Part shown: piece after piece, positions 20,572 through 30,000 of the stretch
How positions within the stretch are numbered: the first letter of the stretch is position 1
Layout of the letters: the number at the start of each line of letters is the position of its first letter
NCBI GenBank assembly: GCA_963766685.1
Contig: CAVYBJ010000017.1
Span: 248,107 to 312,106, forward strand
Direction: 5' to 3'
Length of the DNA: 64,000 nucleotides
DNA from: an uncultured Chloroflexia bacterium
GTDB taxonomy: Bacteria > Chloroflexota > Limnocylindria > Limnocylindrales > CSP1-4
Notes under the pieces: model-generated
Databases searched by the model: none
The model's input: only the letters and a program-made list of their open reading frames with translations
What the model was told of the DNA's origin: nothing
Position numbers and translations under genes: made by a program

Positions 20572-21537
20572 TTGGAAAGCCTGCTCGAGTGCGTCCCCAA
20601 CTTCAGCGAGGGCACCCGACCCGAGACGTTGGAGGCTATCGCGGAAGTCATCCGTGGTCACGCGGGGGTGTGGCTCCTGGACCAGACGGCCGACGCGGAC
20701 CATCAGCGCAGCGTCTACACCATGGCGGGCTACCCGGGCCGTGTGATGACGGCCATGGAGACAGCCGCTGAGGTGGCCATCGAGCGCATCGATATGCGCG
20801 TGCAGCAGGGCAGGCACCCTCGGGTGGGGGCCGTGGATGTCGTCCCTTTCGTACCCCTTGGCGACACGACCATGGAGCAGTGCGTCGAGGGCGCCCGCCG
20901 CTTTGCCGCGACCCTGGCCGAGCGTTTCGACCTGCCCGTCTACCTGTACGCCGAGGCTGCCCTGCGGCCTGACCGGCGTGTCCTCGCGGATATCCGGCGG
21001 CCCGGGTTCGAGGGTCTCGCGGAGGCCATGCGCGAGAAGGCGCATGAGCCGGACTTCGGGCCGGCCAGGCCACACATCACGGCCGGTGCCACGGTCGTGG
21101 GTGCGCGCCCCTTCCTCATCGCCTGGAACATCCAGCTCTCCAGCACGGACGTGACGGTCGCGCGCCGTCTGGCGGGCCAGGTCCGCGAACGCGATGGCGG
21201 CCTGCCCGCCGTGCAGGCGCTCGGCATCGACCTCCCCTCGCAAGGCTGCGTCCAGCTATCCATGAACGTGCTCGACCACCACCGCACATCGCTCTGGCGC
21301 ATCTGGGAGACGGTCGACGGCCTGGCCCGCCAGGCAGGCGTCAGCATGCTCGACTCCGAGCTCATCGGGCTGGCGCCAGCGGCGGCTCTACTCGACGTGG
21401 CCGATCACATCGGCGTTGCCTCCGGCAGGCCGATCGAGGAGCGCGTGCGCGAGGCAGCCGAATGGCTGCGCATCCGGCGCTATGAGCCCGGCATGGTGCT
21501 GGAGCTTCGCCTGGCCGCGGCACGCACGGGCCGCTGA
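20572..21537 (+). CDS. ftcD: Glutamate formimidoyltransferase (FTCD N-terminal domain family)
   Basis: ECVPNFSEGTRPE N-terminus and full-length similarity to formiminotransferase. Confidence 0.85.
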   Translation: MESLLECVPNFSEGTRPETLEAIAEVIRGHAGVWLLDQTADADHQRSVYTMAGYPGRVMTAMETAAEVAIERIDMRVQQGRHPRVGAVDVVPFVPLGDTTMEQCVEGARRFAATLAERFDLPVYLYAEAALRPDRRVLADIRRPGFEGLAEAMREKAHEPDFGPARPHITAGATVVGARPFLIAWNIQLSSTDVTVARRLAGQVRERDGGLPAVQALGIDLPSQGCVQLSMNVLDHHRTSLWRIWETVDGLARQAGVSMLDSELIGLAPAAALLDVADHIGVASGRPIEERVREAAEWLRIRRYEPGMVLELRLAAARTGR

Positions 21538-21610
21538 GCACCAGGCTCTGGCGCTGAAACGCCCGAGCCAGTCCGTCGGGGTGCCAGGCCAGTCGCCGGC
21601 CGACACGGCC

Positions 21611-22300
21611 TCAGGTCTTGCCGCGCTGCTCCAGCAGGACGATCGTGGTCTCCGCGGGCAGCGACGAGATCGTCACGTTCAGGCGGGGGACCGGCTGCGG
21701 GTGATCGGCGCTCATCTCCTTGAGGAAGCGTGAGAGGTCGCCATCCGGGGCGGCCGCGGCGTCCGTCAGGGGCATCGGGACGACCATGGCAGCGTCCAGC
21801 TGCGTGACGATCTCGGCCGCCTGTGCGGCGCTCAGCTGAGGGCCGATCCCGAGGCAGACCACGTCCACGTGACCCATCTCCCGGATGGTGTCCGCGTCGA
21901 GCACGTGCCCAACATCGCCAAGGTGCGCCGTGAGGATGCCGTCCAACTCGCACACGAAGGCCGTGCTGGCGCCGCGCTTGCCGCCTCGCTCCGCGTCTCG
22001 ATAGGTGCGCACGCCGGTGATCATCACGTCGTGCACCTCGAACTCACCGGGTGAATCGAGGACGTATGCCGCCTCCAGGCTGGTCGGCAGCGGCACGCCA
22101 AGCTGACGCGACACCACGCCAGCCTTGGACCTGGCGCCGCGCCCGACGAGCTCTGCCTCATCGGGATACCCGAACGAGACGATGTCCGCCGTGATGCCGC
22201 GGCCGGTCGGCCCGACGACCGACCTGAACGGGTCTGCTGCGACGACGCCCTCCCGCCCTTTCAGCCGAACACACGACGCGCCGAACCAGGTGATCTCCAT
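21611..22300 (-). CDS. MBL-fold metallo-hydrolase
   Basis: The ...ILTAHLGDVGHVLD... segment carries the beta-lactamase-fold metal-binding motifs. Start taken at MEITWFGAS. Confidence 0.7.
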   Translation of the reverse strand: MEITWFGASCVRLKGREGVVAADPFRSVVGPTGRGITADIVSFGYPDEAELVGRGARSKAGVVSRQLGVPLPTSLEAAYVLDSPGEFEVHDVMITGVRTYRDAERGGKRGASTAFVCELDGILTAHLGDVGHVLDADTIREMGHVDVVCLGIGPQLSAAQAAEIVTQLDAAMVVPMPLTDAAAAPDGDLSRFLKEMSADHPQPVPRLNVTISSLPAETTIVLLEQRGKT

Positions 22301-22336
22301 GGCGGGCATGGTGCCACACGTGGGGCACACAAAGAG

Positions 22337-22373
22337 GAACGAGGGGCGCCTGCCCAATCAGCGCCCCTCGTTC
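22337..22373. other. Perfect 13-bp inverted repeat (GAACGAGGGGCGC - 11 nt - GCGCCCCTCGTTC) in a divergent promoter region
   Basis: Seen directly in the sequence. No T-tract follows, so it is not an obvious intrinsic terminator. Confidence 0.4.
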
Positions 22374-22464
22374 CGGAGGGAGGGAGAGGGAACGATGAAG
22401 GTCTACTTCACGGTTCCGTGGCTGAAGAGTAGTGCTCGTCGATGAAGGCGCCAGACCGTGAACG

Positions 22465-23904
22465 ATGAAGAAACGCACACTCGGTCGATCGCCCAGCGTC
22501 CGATCCCCGGTCCTGGGCCTGTCCGACGGGAGGCTGTCAGAATGCGAGGCGATGGCAGCCAGCGATGATCGCCGCCCGTGCGCGCCAGGTCGATGGAGGC
22601 TCACCGGCCCCGCGGCCGTGGCCCTCGCCCTCGTCCTCACGTCCGCGGCGCCGGCCGGGCGTCGCCATCGGGAAATCAGCGGCCGCTCCCTCTGCAACGC
22701 CGCAGGTCGGAGTCGTCACCGTGCCCGAGGGGCTCGATGCCAGGACGGCCAGGCAGGTGGACCGGGTGGTCGACTCGGTGCAGCCGATCCGAGGCCTGCC
22801 GCCCGCTGACGGCGTGCGGTACCGCATCGTCGACGCCGCGACCCTCGCGGCGGAGATCGAGGCCGACTACCCGCGAGCGAGTCACCGACGCCGACGTGGC
22901 CGCCGAAGACGCGGCCTTCACCCGTCTCGGGCTCATCGGTCCCGAAGACGAACTGGCGGCCTGGCTTCCCTCACTCGGCGCCGGCCAGGCGCTGGCCGCG
23001 TACGATCCCCGATCGGAGACCTTCTCGCTCGTCGGTCCCATCCGCAAGATCAGGGCTCCCGAGTCGGTCGTCGTGGCACACGAGTATGCGCACGCGCTCC
23101 AGGATGCCGCCTTCGACCTTGAGGCCGGGCGCGTGACTGATCTCGACCGGGCGGACGCCGCTCTCGCGCGGCAGGCCTTGGTCGGAGGGTGACGCCACCG
23201 CCGTCATGTATGACTGGGCAGCACGTGAGCTCGACCTGGCGGACCTCCTGGCGGTCTCCGCCCGCGCGTTCACGCGCCAGGACGACAAGGCGCTCCGGAA
23301 GATGCCCGTCCTGCTCCGACGCCAGCTCGAGTTCCCGTACATCGAGGGCTTCGCCTTCGTGAACGCCATTCGAGGTCGAGGGGACTGGGCAGCCGTGGAT
23401 GAGGCATGGCGAACTCGACCGACCTCGACCGAGCAGATCCTCCACCCCGAGCTCTACCCCGATGAAGCGCCGGTCGACATCGAGCTGCCCGACGTGGCAG
23501 CTCGACTCGGCGACGGTTGGTCGGCGACCTACCAACAGACGCTGGGCGAGATGCAGATGGGGGTCTGGTTGGCGGATGGCCAGAAGGCCCGGTCGGTCTA
23601 CCCGGTCCTGCCCGCGCGGCTGCCTCGGGCCGATGCTGCTGCCGGATGGGGAGGCGATCGACTCGTCAGCCTGGATGGGCCGGAGGGTGCCTGGGCCGTC
23701 GCTTGGCAGACCGACTGGGACAGCCGAGCCGATGCCAGGGAGTTCAGGGACGCCGCTCGCGAGGTCGTCAAGGACCTGCCCGGCGCACAGGCCATCTTGA
23801 ATGTCGACCTGGATGGAGGGCTATCCTCTCCAGTACTTGTTCTGCTGGCCGATAGCGAGACGACACTGGAGACCGTTCGGGCGGCGCTGGGGCTTGCGCC
23901 CTGA
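22465..23904 (+). CDS. Secreted or membrane-anchored MA-clan zinc metallopeptidase-like protein (HExxH...EG; Peptidase_MA_2-like). It carries three frame breaks near 22665, 22880 and 23192
   Basis: Signal/TM segment (AAVALALVLTSAAPAG), then VVAHEYAHALQD and a downstream FPYIEGFAFV motif. It aligns with the C-terminal domain of the giant protein at 30800-31997. Confidence 0.6.
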
Positions 23905-23944
23905 CCCTCGGTAGGTGGGCACGTGAAGCGAGGAGCGGCGGACG

Positions 23945-24040
23945 ATGAAGAAACGGACACCTGCGCCGGTACCGGCCCAGGTCGCGTATCCAGGGTGCTC
24001 GCACCCGCAGCCGAAGTCACCTAAGGTCCGCCTGCCATGA
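23945..24040 (+). CDS. 31-codon upstream ORF (MKKRTPAPVPAQVAYPGCSHPQPKSPKVRLP) whose TGA overlaps the ATG of the giant gene
   Basis: An ATGA start/stop overlap, and 5' sequence ACGATGAAGAAACG(G/C)ACAC shared with the start of the 22465 gene. Confidence 0.3.
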   Translation: MKKRTPAPVPAQVAYPGCSHPQPKSPKVRLP

Positions 24041-27000
24041 CTGATCAGCGGCCGGATCCCGGCGACCCTACTGCGTTCTCCGACCCCGTCGATCCCACTG
24101 GAGCATCGCCCGGCCAGGCGGAGGCCGAGGTCAACGCGACCGACCTGTCCGCAGCTAGCGCGACCGCCGACTCCGGCGATCTGGTCACCGGCCCCGACGC
24201 CGAGCCTTCCGAAGCGGACAGCGCGGACCAGGCTGCCGACGCGGGTCTTGGCGCGGCTGCCGTCTCAGCTGCCGCCTGGACGACGACGCCGGTGGCTCCC
24301 GATCCAGAGGCCACAGAGGCCGCCTTGGCCGCGCTGGCAGCGCGGCCCGAGGTGACCCTGGAGCCGCCTGAGGGTCCACCTCCGCAGCCACTCGGCATGG
24401 ACGAAGAGCCACCTGACGAGGGCACGCCCGTGCTGCTCGTGGGCGGCATCCTGGTGGGCGCCTTCATCGTGGCGCTGGCCATCGTCATCCTGCTCTTCCG
24501 GCCCTTCGACTCCGGCTCACCGGACGCGACCCTCTCGCCGTCGCCGGTCATGACGGAGGCCCCAAGCGCGAGCCCCTCGGCTCAAGCCGTCATCGACACC
24601 CCCAACTTCCAGGGCCTCAGCCTTGAGGAGGCCGAGCTCACGGCCGAGGACTATGGGCTCGTCGTCCGCGTCATCTCGGTCGTGAACGACGAAGCCGCGC
24701 CGGGCACCGTTCTGGGTCAGCAACCGCCCCCCGGCGAAGCCGTGCCCGTGGGATCCACCATCGAACTGTCCGTGGCTGTGGCCTCACCCACCGTCGCGGT
24801 GCCCGACATCCTCGACCTGCCCGAGGCGGAGGCCATGAAGGCCCTCGCCGATGCCGGTCTCTCGGCCGGTCTGCGCAGCACGGCCGCCGACCCGACCATC
24901 GTGGCCGGCAACATCGTCAGCTCGAACCCGGTGGCTGCCACGGAGGTGGCTCCCGGCTCGGCCATCAGCTACGTCGTCTCCAGCGGTCCCGCCCTGGTCG
25001 CGGTGCCCGACATCCTCGACCTGCCCGAGGCGGAGGCCATGAAGGCCCTCGCCGATGCCGGTCTCTCGGCCGGTCTGCGCAGCACGGCCGCCGACCCGAC
25101 CATCGTGGCCGGCAACGTCGTCAGCTCGAACCCGGTGGCTGCCACGGAGGTGGCTCCCGGCTCGGCCATCAGCTACGTCGTCTCCAGCGGTCCCGCCCTG
25201 GTCGCGGTGCCCGACATCCTCGACCTGCCCGAGGCGGAGGCCATGAAGGCCCTCGCCGATGCCGGTCTCTCGGCCGGTCTGCGCAGCACGGCCGCCGACC
25301 CGACCATCGTGGCCGGCAACATCGTCAGCTCGAACCCGGTGGCTGCCACGGAGGTGGCTCCCGGCTCGGCCATCAGCTACGTCGTCTCCAGCGGTCCCGC
25401 CCTGGTCGCGGTGCCGTCCTTCGAAGGCCAGTCGCTGACCGACGCCACGACGGCCGCCACCTCGGTCGGCCTGTTCCTCCGCGCGACCTCGATCGAAACC
25501 ACCGAGGCCGAGCCTGAGACCATCCTCGACCAGGATCCATCAACCGGCACCATGGTGGTGCGAGGCTCCACGGTAGATGTGGATGTCGCCGTCGCACCGG
25601 AGACCACCGCCGTGCCCGACCTGGCCGGCTCCGCCGACGAGGCCGCACAGGCCCTCGCCGACGCCCGCCTGGTGGGCGCCCCCTCCGAGGCCTTCAGCGC
25701 CGACGTGGCCGCCGGTGACGTCATGAGCCAGGATCCCGCCGCCGGCACCAGCGTGCCCGTGGGCTCCCGGTCGCCTACGTCGTCTCGCTGGGCGTCGAGA
25801 CCACCGCCGTGCCCGACCTGGCCGGCTCCGCCGACGAGGCCGCGCAGGCCCTCGCCGACGCCCGCCTGGTGGGTGCCCCCTCCGAGGCCTTCAGCGCCGA
25901 CGTGGCCGCCGGTGACGTCATGAGCCAGGATCCCGCCGCCGGCACCAGCGTGCCCGTGGGCTCCTCCGTCAGCCTACGTCGTCTCGCTGGGCGTCGAGAC
26001 CACCGCCGTGCCCGACCTGGCCGGCTCCGCCGACGAGGCCGCGCAGGCCCTCGCCGACGCCCGCCTGGTGGGCGCCCCCTCCGAGGCCTTCAGCGCCGAC
26101 GTGGCCGCCGGTGACGTCATGAGCCAGGATCCCGCCGCCGGCACCAGCGTGCCCGTGGGCTCCTCGGTCGCCTACGTCGTCTCGCTGGGCGTCGAGACCA
26201 CCGCCGTGCCCGACCTGGCCGGCTCCGCCGACGAGGCCGCGCAGGCCCTCGCCGACGCCCGCCTGGTGGGTGCCCCCTCCGAGGCCTTCAGCGCCGACGT
26301 GGCCGCCGGTGACGTCATGAGCCAGGATCCCGCCGCCGGCACCAGCGTGCCCGTGGGCTCCACGGTCAGCCTACGTCGTCTCGCTGGGCGTCGAGACCAC
26401 CGCCGTGCCCGACCTGGCCGGCTCCGCCGACGAGGCCGCGCAGGCCCTCGCCGACGCCCGCCTCGTGGGTGCCCCCTCCGAGGCCTTCAGCGCCGACGTG
26501 GCCGCCGGTGACGTCATGAGCCAGGACCCCGCCGCCGGCACCAGCGTGCCCGTGGGCTCCTCCGTCGCCTACGTCGTCTCGCTGGGCGTCGAGACCACCG
26601 CCGTGCCCGACCTGGCCGGCTCCGCCGACGAGGCCGCGCAGGCCCTCGCCGACGCCCGCCTGGTGGGCGCCCCCTCCGAGGCCTTCAGCGCCGACGTGGC
26701 CGCCGGTGACGTCATGAGCCAGGACCCCGCCGCCGGCACCAGCGTGCCCGTGGGCTCCTCGGTCGCCTACGTCGTCTCGCTGGGCGTCGAGACCACCGCC
26801 GTGCCCGACCTGGCCGGCTCCGCCGACGAGGCCGCGCAGGCCCTCGCCGCCGCCCGCCTGGTGGGTGCCCCCTCCGAGGCCTTCAGCGCCGACGTGGCCG
26901 CCGGTGACGTCATGAGCCAGGACCCCGCCGCCGGCACCAGCGTGCCCGTGGGCTCCCGGTCGCCTACGTCGTCTCGCTGGGCGTCGAGACCACCGCCGTG

Positions 27001-30000
27001 CCCGACCTGGCCGGCTCCGCCGACGAGGCCGCGCAGGCCCTCGCCGACGCCCGCCTGGTGGGTGCCCCCTCCGAGGCCTTCAGCGCCGACGTGGCCGCCG
27101 GTGACGTCATGAGCCAGGACCCCGCCGCCGGCACCAGCGTGCCCGTGGGCTCCACCGTCAGCCTACGTCGTCTCGCTGGGCGTCGAGACCACCGCCGTGC
27201 CCGACCTGGCCGGCTCCGCCGACGAGGCCGCGCAGGCCCTCGACGACGCCCGCCTGGTGGGTGCCCCCTCCGAGGCCTTCAGCGCCGACGTGGCCGCCGG
27301 TGACGTCATGAGCCAGGATCCCGCCGCCGGCACCAGCGTGCCCGTGGGCGCCACCGTCGCCTACGTCGTCTCGCTGGGCGTCGAGACCATCGCCGTGCCC
27401 GACCTGGCCGGCTCCGCCGACGAGGCCGCGCAGGCCCTCGAGGCCGCCCGCCTCGTGGGTGCCCCCTCCGAGGCCTTCAGCGCCGACGTGGCCGCCGGTG
27501 ACGTCGTCAGCCAGGATCCCGCCGCGGGCACCAGCGTGCCCGTGGGCGCCACCGTCAGCCTACGTCGTCTCGCTGGGCGTCGAGACCGTGGCCGTGCCCG
27601 ACCTGGCCGGCTCCGCCGACGAGGCCGCGCAGGCCCTCGAGGCCGCCCGCCTCGTGGGTGCCCCCTCCGAGGCCTTCAGCGCCGACGTGGCCGCCGGTGA
27701 CGTCGTCAGCCAGGATCCCGCCGCGGGCACCAGCGTGCCCGTGGGCGCCACCGTCAGCTACGTCGTCTCGCTGGGCGTCGAGACCGTGGCCGTGCCCGAC
27801 CTGGCCGGCTCCGCCGAGGAGGCCGCGCAGGCCCTCGAGGCCGCCCGCCTCGTGGGTGCCCCCTCCGAGGCCTTCAGCGCCGACGTGGCCGCCGGTGACG
27901 TCGTCAGCCAGGATCCGCCGCGGGCACCAGCGTGCCCGTGGGCGCCACCGTCGGCTACGTCGTCTCCCTGGGCGTCGAGACCGTGGCCGTGCCCGACCTG
28001 GCCGGCTCCGCCGAGGAGGCCGCGCAGGCCCTCGAGGCCGCCCGCCTCGTGGGTGCCCCCTCCGAGGCCTTCAGCGCCGACGTGGCCGCCGGTGACGTCG
28101 TGAGCCAGGATCCCGCCGCGGGCACCAGCGTGCCCGTGGGCGCCACCGTCAGCTACGTCGTCTCGCTGGGCGTCGAGACCGTGGCCGTGCCCGACCTGGC
28201 CGGCTCCGCCGAGGAGGCCGCGCAGGCCCTCGAGGCCGCCCGCCTCGTGGGTGCCCCCTCCGAGGCCTTCAGCGCCGACGTGGCCGCCGGTGACGTCGTG
28301 AGCCAGGATCCCGCCGCGGGCACCAGCGTGCCCGTGGGCGCCACCGTCAGCTACGTCGTCTCGCTGGGCGTCGAGACCGTGGCCGTGCCCGACCTGGCCG
28401 GCTCCGCCGACGAGGCCGCGCAGGCCCTCGAGGCCGCCCGCCTCGTGGGTGCCCCCTCCGAGGCCTTCAGCGCCGACGTGGCCGCCGGTGACGTCGTCAG
28501 CCAGGATCCCGCCGCGGGCACCAGCGTGCCCGTGGGCGCCACCGTCAGCTACGTCGTCTCCCTGGGCGTCGAGACCGTGGCCGTGCCCGACCTGGCCGGC
28601 TCCGCCGAGGAGGCCGCGCAGGCCCTCGAGGCCGCCCGCCTCGTGGGTGCCCCCTCCGAGGCCTTCAGCGCCGACGTGGCCGCCGGTGACGTCGTGAGCC
28701 AGGATACCCGCCGCGGGCACCAGCGTGCCCGTGGGCGCCACCGTCAGCTACGTCGTCTCCCTGGGCGTCGAGACCGTGGCCGTGCCCGACCTGGCCGGCT
28801 CCGCCGAGGAGGCCGCGCAGGCCCTCGAGGCCGCCCGCCTCGTCGGCTGCCCCCTCCGAGGCCTTCAGTGCCGACGTGGCCGCCGGTGACGTCGTCAGCC
28901 AGGATCCCGCCGCGGGCACCAGCGTGCCCGTGGGCGCCACCGTCAGCTACGTCGTCTCCCTGGGCGTCGCACCGACCGTCCTCGTTCCGGACGTCAGTGA
29001 CCTACCGAAAGCGGACGCCATCTCCACCATCGAGGCCACAGGTCTGGTCGTCGGCGAGACTGTGGAGAAGGGCAGTGAGTCTGTCGCCGCGGGCGACGTC
29101 ATCAAGACGGATCCTCCCGCCGACACTGAGCTCCAGCTCGGCGCGTCGGTGGACCTGTATCGTCTCGACTGGCTCGAGCCTCACCCTCGTGCCCGAGGTC
29201 AAGGGCCTCGCCGAGGCCGACGCCAACGCCACCATCGCGGCCGCCGGCCTCGTGGTGGGTGCCACCGAGCAGAAGACCAACGCCACCATCCCCGCCGGCC
29301 AGGCCGTCAAGACCGAGCCCGCCGCGGGCACCGAGGTGCAGCTCGGCTCGGCCGTCACCCTCACCGTCAGCAAGGGTCCCAAGCAGGTCAGCGTGCCCGC
29401 CATCGTGGGGCTCCTGCAGCCCGACGCCAAGGCCGCCATCACAGGCCGCCGAGCTCACGGTCGGCACCAACGGCGTGGTCGAGGACCCCAGCCCCAAGAA
29501 CACCGTCCTCTCCCAGGATCCGCCGGCCGACAGCATCGTGGCCGCCGGCAGCGCGGTGAACTACACCGTGAGCTCCGGTCCGCCGCTCACCCTCGTGCCC
29601 GAGGTCAAGGGCCTCGCCGAGGCCGACGCCAACGCCACCATCGCGGCCGCCGGCCTCGTGGTGGGGGCCACCGAGCAGAAGACCAACGCCACCATCCCCG
29701 CCGGCCAGGCCGTCAAGACCGAGCCCGCCGCGGGCACCGAGGTGCAGCTCGGCTCGGCCGTCACCCTCACCGTCAGCAAGGGTCCCAAGCAGGTCAGCGT
29801 GCCCGCCATCGTGGGGCTCCTGCAGCCCGACGCCAAGGCCGCCATCCAGGCCGCCGAGCTCACGGTCGGCACCAACGGCGTGGTCGAGGACCCCAGCCCC
29901 AAGAACACCGTCCTCTCCCAGGATCCGCCGGCCGACAGCATCGTGGCCGCCGGCAGCGCGGTGGACTACACCGTGAGCTCCGGTCCGCCGCTCACCCTCG

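Noticed and set aside
22446-23960. The duplicated ACGATGAAGAAACGNACAC element as terminal repeats of an insertion sequence
   Set aside because: It is a direct, not inverted, repeat at the 5' ends of two paralogous genes, and no transposase is present between or around them.
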